This document shows, in pieces, positions 27,230-37,314 of a DNA stretch of 64,000 nt. Source of the DNA: Candidatus Multivoradales bacterium (GTDB taxonomy: Bacteria; Acidobacteriota; Thermoanaerobaculia; Multivoradales; JAHEKO01). A program made the position numbers and the translations under genes. Numbering within the stretch: the first letter of the stretch is position 1; each line of letters opens with the position of its first letter. The notes under the pieces were generated by a model. The model ran no database searches, was not told where the DNA came from, and worked only from the letters and a program-made list of their open reading frames with translations. The stretch covers positions 2,016,001-2,080,000 of the forward strand of contig CBDFIJ010000004.1 of assembly GCA_965248055.1 (NCBI GenBank). The letters are read 5' to 3'.

Positions 27230-28918
27230 TCAACGTAAGTTCTTCTTGGCCCAAGAATCGCGCAGTGGCACAGTACGGTTGACCACCAACCGGTCTTCGG
27301 TGCTGTCTGGGTCAAGCGCAAAGTAGCCTTGGCGCTCGAACTGGAAAGTGGTGCCAACATCGCGGTCTTGAAGCGCCGGCTCGGCCCAGGCTGGATAGAT
27401 AACTTGGAGTGAGTCTGGGTTTAGAAACTCACGAAAGTCGGGACCGCTCTTGCCTTTATCCGGGTTGGGGGCCAAGAACAAGCGATCGTAGAGTCGGACT
27501 TCGATCGGTAGAGCATGGCGCGCGGACACCCAATGGATGGTGCCGCGGACCTTGCGACCGTCGGGGGCGTTGCCACCTCGCGTTTCCGGGTCGTAAGTAG
27601 CGCGAACTTCCACCACCTTGCCGTCGGCATCCTTGATGGCTTCGGTGCAGGTGATCAAGTAGGCAAAACGCAGTCGGACCTCGCGACCGGGAGCTAGGCG
27701 GAAGAATTTCTTGGGCGGATCTTCCATGAAGTCGGAAGCTTCGACCCATAGCTCGCGGGAGAAGGGCACCCTGCGTGAACTTTTGGCTCCGCTGTCTTGG
27801 GGAAAGGATGGGGCGTCGAAGGATTCTTCTTGGTCTTCTGGGTAGTTCTCGATCACCAACTTGATCGGATCCAAGACGCACAGTCGGCGCGGAGTACGGT
27901 GGTTGAGATCGTTACGCACCGCGTGCTCAAGTTGGGCGATGTCGACCACCGAGTTAGCTTTGGCGACGCCGATCGAGTCACAGAATGCGCGAATCGACTC
28001 TGGGGTGTAGCCTCGTCTGCGTAATCCAGCGAGGGTTGGCATGCGGGGATCATCCCAGCCAGACACCAGCCCTTCTTCTACCAGTTGCAGCAGTTTGCGC
28101 TTGGACATCAGGGTGTAGGTGAGGGCCAATCGTGCAAACTCGGTTTGCTCCGGCAGTGGACGATCGACCGTGGTGCTTGCCAACACCCAGTCATAGATTT
28201 CGCGGTTGTTCTCAAACTCCAAAGTGCATAGCGAGTGGGTGATGTGCTCGAAAGCATCCGACAAACAGTGGGTGAAGTCGTACATTGGATAGATCGGCCA
28301 GTCGTCGCCGGTGCGGTAGTGCGACTGGTGGCGAATCCGATACAGCAAGGGATCGCGCATTTTCATATTGGGATGCGCCATGTCGATCTTGGCCCGCAGC
28401 ACCTGAGCGCCATCGGCAAACTCACCGGCGCGCATCCGACGAAAAAGATCGAGATTCTCCTCCACTGAACGGTCGTGATCGGGGCTGTTGACGCCCGCTT
28501 CGGTCACCGTGCCGCGGTTGGCCCGAATTGCAGCCTCCGATTGACTGTCCACGTAAGCTAACCCGCTCTCGATCAACTCCTCAGCGCGTTGATAGAGCTG
28601 CTCGAAGTAGTCCGAGGCGTGGTAGATCGCATCCCATGCAAAACCCAGCCAGCGAACGTCGCGTTGGATCGCCTCGACATACTCGTGGTCTTCCGTTTCA
28701 GGGTTGGTGTCGTCAAACCGTAGGTTGCAGGTGCCTCCGTACTCCTGAGCCAATCCAAAGTTGAGGCAGATCGACTTGGCGTGACCAATGTGTAGATGGC
28801 CATTTGGCTCGGGGGGAAAGCGCGAAGCCACCCGGGTTCCGTACTTGCCGGACTCCTGATCGGCGTCGATCATTTGCTGGATGAAATGTCTGGGTGCGGC
28901 TGTCGTATCTTCGGTCAT
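27230..28918 (-). CDS. glnS: Glutamine--tRNA ligase
   Basis: RFPPEPNG.LHIGH, MSKR, QFER.GYF. Confidence 0.96.
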   Translation of the reverse strand: MTEDTTAAPRHFIQQMIDADQESGKYGTRVASRFPPEPNGHLHIGHAKSICLNFGLAQEYGGTCNLRFDDTNPETEDHEYVEAIQRDVRWLGFAWDAIYHASDYFEQLYQRAEELIESGLAYVDSQSEAAIRANRGTVTEAGVNSPDHDRSVEENLDLFRRMRAGEFADGAQVLRAKIDMAHPNMKMRDPLLYRIRHQSHYRTGDDWPIYPMYDFTHCLSDAFEHITHSLCTLEFENNREIYDWVLASTTVDRPLPEQTEFARLALTYTLMSKRKLLQLVEEGLVSGWDDPRMPTLAGLRRRGYTPESIRAFCDSIGVAKANSVVDIAQLEHAVRNDLNHRTPRRLCVLDPIKLVIENYPEDQEESFDAPSFPQDSGAKSSRRVPFSRELWVEASDFMEDPPKKFFRLAPGREVRLRFAYLITCTEAIKDADGKVVEVRATYDPETRGGNAPDGRKVRGTIHWVSARHALPIEVRLYDRLFLAPNPDKGKSGPDFREFLNPDSLQVIYPAWAEPALQDRDVGTTFQFERQGYFALDPDSTEDRLVVNRTVPLRDSWAKKNLR

Positions 28919-28980
28919 GAATCTCTCGGTCGTTGTGGAAATAGGGAGCCTATCCGATCCGGTCGCCTAGAATCCGTTGC

Positions 28981-29565
28981 ATGAGCACCCCACTTGGGAC
29001 GAAGCCAACGGCACCGTGGACCTTTGCTCCTTTAACGTCCGAGAACTGGTCCGATTTGGAGCAGCTGTTTGGCGAGCGAGGAGCATGTGGCGGTTGTTGG
29101 TGCATGTGGTGGCGGTTGACGCAAAAAGAGTTCGAGGCGGCAAAGGGCGAAGCAAACCGAAATGCGCTACAGAAACTCGTCAAAGGTAGGCGTAAGTTGG
29201 GGATTCTCGCCTATCGAGATCGGCAGCCGGTGGGTTGGTGTGCCGTGGAACCGCGCGAGGCCTATCCGCGGTTTGATCGATCGCGGATTCTGAAACCAGT
29301 CGACGATCAACGGGTGTGGTCAGTAACCTGCTTTTTTGTCCACCGCTCGGCGCGGCGTCAAGGTCTGTCAGTTGCGCTACTGGAAGAAGTTGCGGCCTAC
29401 GTCGCGCGGCATGGCGGATCGGTGGTCGAGGGCTATCCAGTCGACAAAATCGATTCACCCCCGGCGTTCGCTTGGACGGGTACCGCTGCCGCGTTTCGTA
29501 GTGTTGGTTTCAGGGAGGTGGCGAGGAGGTCGCCCACCCGACCGAATTATGCGCAGAAGGGTTAG
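28981..29565 (+). CDS. GNAT family N-acetyltransferase (possible +1 frameshift in the last codons)
   Basis: CGGCWCMWWR, CFFV...RRQG, VEGYP; C-terminal IMR shifts frame at about 29545. Confidence 0.85.
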   Translation: MSTPLGTKPTAPWTFAPLTSENWSDLEQLFGERGACGGCWCMWWRLTQKEFEAAKGEANRNALQKLVKGRRKLGILAYRDRQPVGWCAVEPREAYPRFDRSRILKPVDDQRVWSVTCFFVHRSARRQGLSVALLEEVAAYVARHGGSVVEGYPVDKIDSPPAFAWTGTAAAFRSVGFREVARRSPTRPNYAQKG

Positions 29566-29586
29566 AAAACCGACCACATGATCCAA

Positions 29587-29982
29587 TCAGGCGGGTCCCA
29601 TTAGGTCCCAGCGGTTGCCGGCGATATCGACGAACACAGCGATTTGTCCGTACTCTTCGGTACGCGGGGCAGTGACGAACTCGACCCCGGCTTCGACCAT
29701 CTTGCTGTAGCTTGCCTTGAAGTTGTCAACGCGGAGAAAGAATCCGACCCGGCCGGAGAACTGGTTGCCAACCACGGCTTTCTGCTGCTCACCGTCGGCT
29801 TGTGCCAGCAAGATCCCGGTTTGCGCGCTGGGCGGACGAACCACCACCCAGCGCTTGGGTCGGCCGTCATTGGTGAGAGAGGGAGAGTCCTCCACTAGCT
29901 CGAAATCCAGGACATCGACAAAGAACTGAATCGCCAAGTCGTAGTCGTTGACAACGATGGTGACCAGTTGAAGAAAGGACAT
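29587..29982 (-). CDS. VOC/glyoxalase family protein
   Basis: V.DYD.AI.FFV..L.F.LVED, GNQ..GRV.FFL, F.DI.GNRWDL. Confidence 0.9.
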   Translation of the reverse strand: MSFLQLVTIVVNDYDLAIQFFVDVLDFELVEDSPSLTNDGRPKRWVVVRPPSAQTGILLAQADGEQQKAVVGNQFSGRVGFFLRVDNFKASYSKMVEAGVEFVTAPRTEEYGQIAVFVDIAGNRWDLMGPA

Positions 29983-30027
29983 GAGATCAGTGCTCAATGG
30001 TGGTCGCGGGTCTAGAAAACGGGCTCA

Positions 30028-30918
30028 TTAGGTGGTGGCGATTAGATCAATCACCGCTTGAGCAAACTCCTGCGGTGAGTCTTCCTGTAGAAAATGACCT
30101 CCACGTAAGGTCTTGTGCGGTAGTCCTTCGCTTCCGGGGATTTGCTCGCGCAGCTTGATATCCAGACCGCGCATGATCGGATCTCCTTTACTGAAGGTGG
30201 TCAAGAACGGTTTGTTCCATCGGCCCAAGGCCTCCCAAGCTTTGAGATTAGCAGGGGCTGCCGGGTCGTTGGTCGAGATCGGAACCAGTTTTGGGAAGGC
30301 ACGGGCTCCAGCTTGGTACTTGCGCGACGGATAGGGCGCGTCATAAGCGCGCTGTTCGTCGTCGTTGAGGGTGCGTCCGGTGCCTAGGTTGACGATCCTT
30401 GAGGTCGGAAACACTGGGGTCCACAGAGCGAAGGCCTTCCAGATCTTGAACACCAGCGGAGGCTTTCCCTCGCCGGTGGGCAGAAAGCCATTGCCAATGA
30501 CGATGCGGGCAAAGCGATCTGAGTTTTCAGCCGCGACCCGCAGGCCAATCAAAGATCCCCAATCTTGCCCCACCAGGGTGATCTCTCGCAGTCCGAGCTT
30601 GTCGAGGAACGCAACCAGCCAGTCGCAGTGGCTCTGATAGCTGTAGTCGGTCAGGCGCATCGGCTTATCGGAGCGCCCGAAGCCGATCAAGTCTGGCGCT
30701 ACCACTCGCAAGCCAGCTTCGACGCAATGAGCGATCATGTGCCGGTAGAGGAAACACCAGGAGGGCTCTCCGTGCAGCATCAAGATCAGCGGAGCGTCGC
30801 GCGGCCCTTCATCAACGTAGTGCATACGGAGATTGTCTTCAACCTGCACATATTTGGCGGCAAACGGAAAGTCCGGAAGGTCGTTGAAGCGTTCGTCAGG
30901 GGTGCGCAAGATTTCCAT
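30028..30918 (-). CDS. Haloalkane dehalogenase (alpha/beta hydrolase)
   Basis: LRTPDERF, LHGEPSW, GQDWG nucleophile, DP, GHFLQED. Confidence 0.92.
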   Translation of the reverse strand: MEILRTPDERFNDLPDFPFAAKYVQVEDNLRMHYVDEGPRDAPLILMLHGEPSWCFLYRHMIAHCVEAGLRVVAPDLIGFGRSDKPMRLTDYSYQSHCDWLVAFLDKLGLREITLVGQDWGSLIGLRVAAENSDRFARIVIGNGFLPTGEGKPPLVFKIWKAFALWTPVFPTSRIVNLGTGRTLNDDEQRAYDAPYPSRKYQAGARAFPKLVPISTNDPAAPANLKAWEALGRWNKPFLTTFSKGDPIMRGLDIKLREQIPGSEGLPHKTLRGGHFLQEDSPQEFAQAVIDLIATT

Positions 30919-30928
30919 AGTTGAACTC

Positions 30929-32293
30929 CTAGGTTGAGGGGCTGGTCGATTGGGGCGCAGCGGTCAGGTCAGGCTCGATTGGATTCATTAAGTTTGCGAT
31001 TTGAGTGGGCTGAATAGGAGGTCTCGGCACGGCGGGCTGCTGCCAACCACACAAACTACTGAGCGCCGGCATACAAACCCTGCCTTGGCAAAGACCCATA
31101 CCGCACCTCGACTGCAGTTTGTTTTCTCTTGGGCCCACCGAGGGGTCAATCTCGTGCCAAGTTACATCTTCACAACGGCATACCAAGGTGTCGTCTTGCA
31201 CTCGCTGGTGCAGCTCTTGGCGCGGCTCAAAAGCGGAGGCCATATTGCGGGCGAAGCGATGCAAATTGGATCGCTGTCGTAGCCAACTTCTCGAAAGGGT
31301 TCCACCGGCCACCGTGGCTCCGGCAATACGACCCTCGACCAAAGCCAGGTCAGCGCCCCCGACCCCGCTGCATTCTCCGACGGCATAGACGCCAGCGACC
31401 GAGGTCTGTTGAGTGGCGTCAACCTGCAGCTCACCGAACTCGTTAGCCTGACAATCCAGCACCAACCCAAGTTCGCTGGCCGGAACCAAACCGTAGGAGG
31501 TAGCCAACAGGTTGCACTGTATGGTTTGCTGGCGATGACCGTCGGTTAACTTCACTTGCAGTGCGGAGTCGTTTTGTTGCCCAGACTCGATCTGCGCTGA
31601 CTCGATCTGTGCTGACTCGACCCAGGTTCCCAACTGGTAGCGAGTAGCCAAGAATGCAGTCCGGTATCCAGCCGCTTCCCGTAGCTTCCCGGGATGACGC
31701 CACAGGTGACTGGCAAACAGGGCCACCGCAGAGCGAGGTGCTTGTTCGGCAACCGCGATGACTTCAGCACCAGCACGTTTTGCCAGCGCTGCGACTGGTA
31801 GCAGTAGCGGTCCAGAACCGGTGATCACAACCTTTTGACCGGCGACCCTGGCTCCAGACTTGATCATCGCTTGCAAACCGCCGACTCCGACCACATTGGG
31901 CAACGTCCAGCCGGGAAATGGGAGAAAAAACTCTCGCGCGCCGGTCGCCAAAATCAGCTGTTGAAATTCAACCCAGCTGGCTTGGCCGGCGGTTTCGATC
32001 AGCAGAGCACGGCTTGAAGGACAAGCGCTGAGGACGCTGGTTTGCCAACGACACTCGACGTTGGAAGCCTCTAATTTGGTTAGCAATTTCTGCGCTTTGG
32101 CTGGACCGGCGAGCTGGTAGTTTCTGAGCTGGGCATTGCGCCATATCTGCCCGCCGAAGCCGGTGCGCTCGTCAATCAGCAAGACCGACCGCCCCCAACG
32201 AGAAGCTTCCAAAGCTGCTGCGACGCCACCCGGTCCGGCTCCGACCACCACCACGGAGTGGCGGCTGGCTGGAGAGAAATCAGCTTCGCTCAT
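30929..32293 (-). CDS. D-hydroxyproline dehydrogenase alpha-subunit-like FAD/NAD(P)-binding oxidoreductase
   Basis: VVGAGPGG, ATGARE..LPFPGWTLP, CRCEDV...CGMG.CQGR.C. Confidence 0.85.
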   Translation of the reverse strand: MSEADFSPASRHSVVVVGAGPGGVAAALEASRWGRSVLLIDERTGFGGQIWRNAQLRNYQLAGPAKAQKLLTKLEASNVECRWQTSVLSACPSSRALLIETAGQASWVEFQQLILATGAREFFLPFPGWTLPNVVGVGGLQAMIKSGARVAGQKVVITGSGPLLLPVAALAKRAGAEVIAVAEQAPRSAVALFASHLWRHPGKLREAAGYRTAFLATRYQLGTWVESAQIESAQIESGQQNDSALQVKLTDGHRQQTIQCNLLATSYGLVPASELGLVLDCQANEFGELQVDATQQTSVAGVYAVGECSGVGGADLALVEGRIAGATVAGGTLSRSWLRQRSNLHRFARNMASAFEPRQELHQRVQDDTLVCRCEDVTWHEIDPSVGPRENKLQSRCGMGLCQGRVCMPALSSLCGWQQPAVPRPPIQPTQIANLMNPIEPDLTAAPQSTSPST

Positions 32294-32570
32294 TTTTCTC
32301 GTCGTTCTCGGATGGCGATCGTGAAATTTTCATTCCGGGTTTGCATGGAGTGATGCAGGCGCGTCGCGGCTGGCCGTCGACCATAACCATGCACTCGTAG
32401 CAAGAACCCATGGCGCATAGCCAACCGCGTGGTTGGCCCCCGACCGAGGTCTTGAGCCGGGACATACCGGCGTTCCACAGAGCAACCGCGACGGTGTCGT
32501 TCTTGCGCGCCAAGGTCGACTGGCCGTCGACCACGATCTCGAATTCGGCGAATGCCGAGAGGACGCTCAC
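32280..32570 (-). CDS. 2Fe-2S subunit (D-hydroxyproline dehydrogenase gamma / HcnA-like)
   Basis: LCAMGSCYEC...RAC; GTGA overlap with upstream stop. Confidence 0.85.
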   Translation of the reverse strand: MSVLSAFAEFEIVVDGQSTLARKNDTVAVALWNAGMSRLKTSVGGQPRGWLCAMGSCYECMVMVDGQPRRACITPCKPGMKISRSPSENDEKNERS

Positions 32571-33676
32571 GACAGGACTCTCTGCGGCAAAAAAGGAGCT
32601 GGGTCGAGCGCCGGATCTTCGCCGGTGATCAACTGCGCCAACAACATCCCGGTGCCCATTGCGTTGGTATGGCCTAGCCCCTCGTGCCCGGAGGCGACCC
32701 AGGAATTGGCGATCTGCGGCCACGGCCCAATCAGGGGTAAGTTGTCCGTGGTTGCCGGGCGGAATCCGAACCAGCCGCGAATCGCGGTCAACTGGCCCAA
32801 CCGAGGCAAGAATTCGGTCGCCCTGGCAATCATCTTGGCAACCAAACGGTGATCGAAACTGCGGTCCCAGCCGACGTGCTGGCGAGAAGAACCGATCAAT
32901 ACCTGACCGGTCTTGCGCGGTTGGACGTTAAAAGCGACCGACTCGTCGTTGGGTGTATGGGCACTCTTCAGGTAACCCAACTCCAGCATTTGGTGGCGGA
33001 TAAACCCGGGATGGCGATCGGTGATCACCAAGTGACCCTTGCGCGGTACCACCGGCAGTTCCGGCATCAACTCAGCACACCGGGGTCCAGCGGCGTTGAC
33101 CACCAACCCAGCGGTACGAAAACCGGTTTGGGTTTTGACTCCCTTTTCCTCGATCTCTACCACCTCACAGCCGGAGATCACTTGTCCGCCCATTGCACGC
33201 ACTTGCTGCAGAAACCAAGTGGTGACCACCGGTGGGTACAACACCCGATCTCCTGGCAAATACAAACCTCCAGCCAAGCCAGGCCGGAGTTGCGGCTCCA
33301 TGGTGGCGAGTTGTTGTGAGTTCAAGATCTCGACCTCGACCCCCCGCGTTTGATAGCGAGTAGCTTTGGCTGGAATGATCGCTGCTTCGTCATCGGTCTC
33401 AGCCACCCAGATCGCCCCGTCTCGGGTGTAGTCGGCGGTTGCCGGGAGCCGATCGGCGATCTGATCCCAAAGCCGACACGACAAAGAACTGAGAGCGAAC
33501 TGTGCTGGAGAGTCGTCCATCACCGCCAAATGACCCATCCCAGCCGCGGTGGTACCGCCGCCGATGATGCCACCTTCCAACACTTCGACCCTTAAGCCCC
33601 TCCGAGCGAGGAAGTATCCACAAGCAGCGCCGATAATCCCACCACCGACGATCAATGCGTCGGGTGCCGGCTTCAT
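32567..33676 (-). CDS. lhpB: D-hydroxyproline dehydrogenase beta subunit (DAO-family FAD oxidoreductase)
   Basis: GGGIIG, TAAGMGHL, PRKGHL.ITDR, SVAFNVQPR.TGQ, GHEGLG. Confidence 0.85.
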   Translation of the reverse strand: MKPAPDALIVGGGIIGAACGYFLARRGLRVEVLEGGIIGGGTTAAGMGHLAVMDDSPAQFALSSLSCRLWDQIADRLPATADYTRDGAIWVAETDDEAAIIPAKATRYQTRGVEVEILNSQQLATMEPQLRPGLAGGLYLPGDRVLYPPVVTTWFLQQVRAMGGQVISGCEVVEIEEKGVKTQTGFRTAGLVVNAAGPRCAELMPELPVVPRKGHLVITDRHPGFIRHQMLELGYLKSAHTPNDESVAFNVQPRKTGQVLIGSSRQHVGWDRSFDHRLVAKMIARATEFLPRLGQLTAIRGWFGFRPATTDNLPLIGPWPQIANSWVASGHEGLGHTNAMGTGMLLAQLITGEDPALDPAPFLPQRVLS

Positions 33677-34689
33677 GAGCACTCGCGCAGAGTAAATCCG
33701 GTTACCAGGGGATCTCGGTCGGCGAACTGCAGGGTCGCGTGGGAAACCACCCAAGCCGAACCGCGGATGTAAGGCCAGAGCGTTCCGTCGTCATCAACTT
33801 CCAGCCAACCGGTAAACAGGCCACCGGTAATGCTTTGGTTGCGAAAGTGTTGCCCCAGTTCGAGGTCACCGCGATCGTTCAGCACCGCAAGCTTCGCTGA
33901 GGTTCCGGTTCCACAGGGAGATCGGTCCCATTCGCCACCGGGGCAGAGGACGAAATTGCGACCGTCGCAAGCGGTTCTCCGCTCGCTTGCCGACGCCAAA
34001 CCTGGGGCTGAAAATTCGACGTGGTCGATGGCACCGAGGTTGAAGTCAGAGATCCCGATTGAAGGTAGAAACTCTGGCCGGTCTACCACTTCCGCGATTG
34101 CCCGAGAACGCGCCAGTAACGCGTCGAGGTGGTCGCAAGTCAGAGGGATATCGCCTGAATCGGTGATGAAGAACCCATTGCCACCCCAGGCGACATCACC
34201 GATCACCGGGCCAACCCCGGGCACATCGATCTCTACTCTTTGTTTCAGACAAGAGCAGGGAACATTGCGGAAGGTAACCTGTCCGTCGGTGCTGAGATTT
34301 GCTCGCACACTGCCGACAGGAGTGTCGAAAAGATGCTCCCCAGGACCGATCTTGCCGAGAAATTCCAGCCCGCGGACCACACCGATCAACCCGTGTCCAC
34401 ACATACCCAGGTAGCCAGCGTTGTTGAAGAAGACGATCCCGGCGTGTGCATCGTCTGAAGTGGGAGGGGTCAGCAGTGCGCCGACGATCGCGTCATGACC
34501 CCGCGGTTCACAGACCACGGCTTGGCGTAGGTGATCTTGATGCAATTGCATCCAGCGCCGCCGTTGCTCCATCGATGAGCCGTCAGGTTGGGGCCACCCG
34601 GCGACCACGATACGCGTTGGCTCGCCCTCGGTATGGGCGTCATAAACCTCGATCTGAGGCGGGAAGGAATTGGCCGTGGGTTGGCTCAT
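33673..34689 (-). CDS. lhpA: 4-hydroxyproline 2-epimerase (proline racemase family)
   Basis: HTEGEPTR, EPRGH, MCGHG and DRSPCGTG (Cys/Cys catalytic pair). Confidence 0.9.
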   Translation of the reverse strand: MSQPTANSFPPQIEVYDAHTEGEPTRIVVAGWPQPDGSSMEQRRRWMQLHQDHLRQAVVCEPRGHDAIVGALLTPPTSDDAHAGIVFFNNAGYLGMCGHGLIGVVRGLEFLGKIGPGEHLFDTPVGSVRANLSTDGQVTFRNVPCSCLKQRVEIDVPGVGPVIGDVAWGGNGFFITDSGDIPLTCDHLDALLARSRAIAEVVDRPEFLPSIGISDFNLGAIDHVEFSAPGLASASERRTACDGRNFVLCPGGEWDRSPCGTGTSAKLAVLNDRGDLELGQHFRNQSITGGLFTGWLEVDDDGTLWPYIRGSAWVVSHATLQFADRDPLVTGFTLRECS

Positions 34690-34707
34690 GGGTCTTGCGC
34701 CGAGAGA

Positions 34708-36312
34708 TCAGGAGTGCTTTTCAATGGCGTCGACAGTCCATGTTCCATCAACCAGTCGGGGGACTCCCTGTGGGTTGGCGTCTTGCAGTTCTGGTGGCAA
34801 GAACGAATCGGGTAGATCTTGAAAACAAACCGGGCGCAAAAATCGATCGATCGCGGCTGACCCTACCGAGGTCGATCGAGAGTCGGAAGTGGCAGGAAAT
34901 GGCCCACCGTGGTGCATTGCGTGGGCAACTTCAACCCCGGTAGGAAAGCCATTGATCACCACTCGACCGGAGATTGCGGCCAATTGACTCACCAACCCTG
35001 GATGGTCATTCAGATCGCGGTCAGTGGCGTGCAGGGTGGCGGTCAGAGCTCCAGGCATCGAGTGCAACACCTCGTTGAGTTCCTCGGTAGACTGCCAAGA
35101 AACGACCAAGGTCGCCGGACCGTAGATCTCCTCTTGCAGGTCGTCATTAGCGATAAATGTAGCTGCGCTACAACGAAAGACCTGGGGCGATACGGTGCTA
35201 CTGGAATCGTTCTGTGTGGCCTCGCCTGTGACAAGGCTCGCTTCGATTTCGCCCACAGCCAGAGTTCTCTCGGTCGCCTGCCGATAGCCAGTAGCGATCC
35301 CAGGATGCACCACGGTCATCTCCCCGCTAGCGCTGAGGCTGTCGGCGAGTTGTTCAGAAAAAGAATCGGTCTCGGCGCCAGTGGGAACCAGCACCACTCC
35401 GGGATTGGTGCAGAACTGGCCACTACCGAGGGCCACTGAACCGGCCAAGCCTTGGGCGATGTTTTGTCCGGATTCCCGCAGAGCTCCCTCAAGGATCACC
35501 ACCGGATTGATCGAACCCATTTCCGCGTAGACAGGGATCGGTTTAGTTCGTTGTTGACTCGCTGCGACTAGTGCTTGGCCACCGGCAAACGAACCGGTAA
35601 AGGCAACTGCGGCGATCCCAGGATGCAGCGTGAGACTTTGCCCGACTTGGTGCCCAACCCCGTGGATCAGCGAAAACAACCCGGTGGGAAGTTGGCAAGT
35701 TTCCAAAGCTCGCAAGATCGCGGTCGCCACCAATTCACTGGTCCCCGGATGAGCAGGATGAGCCTTGACCACCACTGGGCATCCGGCTGCCCAAGCCGAA
35801 GTGGTGTCTCCTCCGGCGACCGAGAAGGCCAAAGGAAAGTTGGACGCGCCGAAGACCGCCACCGGACCGAGTGGTAGCAGGGTTCGCCTCAAGTCGGGCT
35901 TGGGGATCGGTTTGCGCTCGGGGTCGGCAGTGTCGATGCGGATTGACCGCCACCACCCCGCGCGCAGCAGCTCTGCAAAAAAATGAAGTTGACCGGTGGT
36001 GCGACCTCGCTCGCCGGTGAGCCGTGGGACGCCCAATGCAGTTTCTTGATCCGCGCGCTCGATCAGTGGATCGCCGAGCGCTTCAATCTCTTGCGCCACG
36101 GTATCCAAGAATTGGGCCCGCAATTCTGGGGAGCTATTTGCCCATTCTGCCGCCGACCTGCTTGCGGCTGTGACCGCGTCGTCGATTTGCTCTCCATTGG
36201 CTTCGTGGAACGTCGGTTCCAGAGTGTCACCGGATCGAGGGTCAACGGCACGAAAGGCTTCGCTCTTACTTGTGACCGCCCGCCCTCGGATGAAGTGAGT
36301 ACCTGAAATCAT
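34708..36312 (-). CDS. 2,5-dioxopentanoate (alpha-ketoglutaric semialdehyde) dehydrogenase
   Basis: FGASNFPLAFS.AGGD, AEMGS.NP, GQFCTNPG, HGGPFPAT; start ATG 36312 inferred. Confidence 0.9.
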   Translation of the reverse strand: MISGTHFIRGRAVTSKSEAFRAVDPRSGDTLEPTFHEANGEQIDDAVTAASRSAAEWANSSPELRAQFLDTVAQEIEALGDPLIERADQETALGVPRLTGERGRTTGQLHFFAELLRAGWWRSIRIDTADPERKPIPKPDLRRTLLPLGPVAVFGASNFPLAFSVAGGDTTSAWAAGCPVVVKAHPAHPGTSELVATAILRALETCQLPTGLFSLIHGVGHQVGQSLTLHPGIAAVAFTGSFAGGQALVAASQQRTKPIPVYAEMGSINPVVILEGALRESGQNIAQGLAGSVALGSGQFCTNPGVVLVPTGAETDSFSEQLADSLSASGEMTVVHPGIATGYRQATERTLAVGEIEASLVTGEATQNDSSSTVSPQVFRCSAATFIANDDLQEEIYGPATLVVSWQSTEELNEVLHSMPGALTATLHATDRDLNDHPGLVSQLAAISGRVVINGFPTGVEVAHAMHHGGPFPATSDSRSTSVGSAAIDRFLRPVCFQDLPDSFLPPELQDANPQGVPRLVDGTWTVDAIEKHS

Positions 36313-36390
36313 AGGGCTGGATAATACAACCGGTGGGTCTCCCTGAGTGCAACGCCGATTGGATACACTGTCGTTTTGGAGGGTAAGAAC

Positions 36391-37293
36391 TTGCACATTG
36401 ATTGGTTTGGTGTCTATCCCGCGATAACTACGCAATTCAGAGACGACGAAACTCTCGACTTGGTCGCCACGATTGACCACGCTACGGCGCTGCTGCACGC
36501 TGGTGTTCACGGGATCATCTTGGGCGGAACCTTGGGTGAGGGTCCATCGCTGACCGGCGAGGAAAAGGGTCGTTTGTTGGAAGCAATGGTCGGGGCAGTT
36601 GACGGCAGAGTGCCGGTAATGACCACGATCGCCGAGACCACGACGGCGTTGGCGTGCCAGAGAGCCGCAGAGGCGGCGGAACTGGGTGCCGACGGTTTGA
36701 TGGTGCTACCGGCCCTGGTCTACCACTCGGACGCTCGCGAGACCGTCACTCATTTTCGAACCATCGCGCGCGCTACCGAATTACCGATCATGGTCTACAA
36801 CAACCCGGTCAGCTATGGCGTTGATATCCGTCCAGAGATGTTTGTCGATCTGGCAGATCAAGCAACCTTGGTGGCGATCAAAGAGTCGTCCGACGATGTT
36901 CGCCGAATCACCGATCTGAAGAATCTCACCGGCAATCGCTATCGGTTGTTCTGCGGGGTTGATGACTTGGCTATGGAAGCTCTGGTCATGGGGGCGGACG
37001 GCTGGGTTGCCGGAATGGTGAATGCATATCCGCGGGAAACGATCGCCCTATGGGACGCGATTCGCGCGGGTCAATTCAACAAAGCGAAGAGGATCTACCG
37101 TTGGTTTGCGCCGCTGTTGCATTTGGACACCGAGGTTAAGTTGGTGCAATACATCAAGATGGCGGTCGAGAGAGAAGAGTTCGGCTCGAGTCTTTGCCGG
37201 GCACCTCGACTGCCGATCGAGGGTGATGAGCTACAACGGGTCGAAACCATTTTCCGGCAAGCCGAGGACACGCGTCCTAGCCTGGATGCTTGA
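36391..37293 (+). CDS. lhpC: DapA-family 1-pyrroline-4-hydroxy-2-carboxylate deaminase
   Basis: W.GV.PAITTQF, YNNPV.YGVD, IKESS.DVRR.TD, LLHLD...KLVQYIK; GGAGG SD before TTG. Confidence 0.85.
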   Translation: MHIDWFGVYPAITTQFRDDETLDLVATIDHATALLHAGVHGIILGGTLGEGPSLTGEEKGRLLEAMVGAVDGRVPVMTTIAETTTALACQRAAEAAELGADGLMVLPALVYHSDARETVTHFRTIARATELPIMVYNNPVSYGVDIRPEMFVDLADQATLVAIKESSDDVRRITDLKNLTGNRYRLFCGVDDLAMEALVMGADGWVAGMVNAYPRETIALWDAIRAGQFNKAKRIYRWFAPLLHLDTEVKLVQYIKMAVEREEFGSSLCRAPRLPIEGDELQRVETIFRQAEDTRPSLDA

Positions 37294-37314
37294 ACCGAGA
37301 GCCGGAGCAGCAAA

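Noticed and set aside
31584-31620. 15-bp tandem repeat (ESAQI x2) in the dehydrogenase subunit
   Set aside because: In-frame micro-duplication in a probable loop; no evidence of function
36313-36510. N-terminal extension of the aldehyde dehydrogenase
   Set aside because: Overlaps the divergent DapA-family gene; ATG 36312 has a -10 box and gives a normal size
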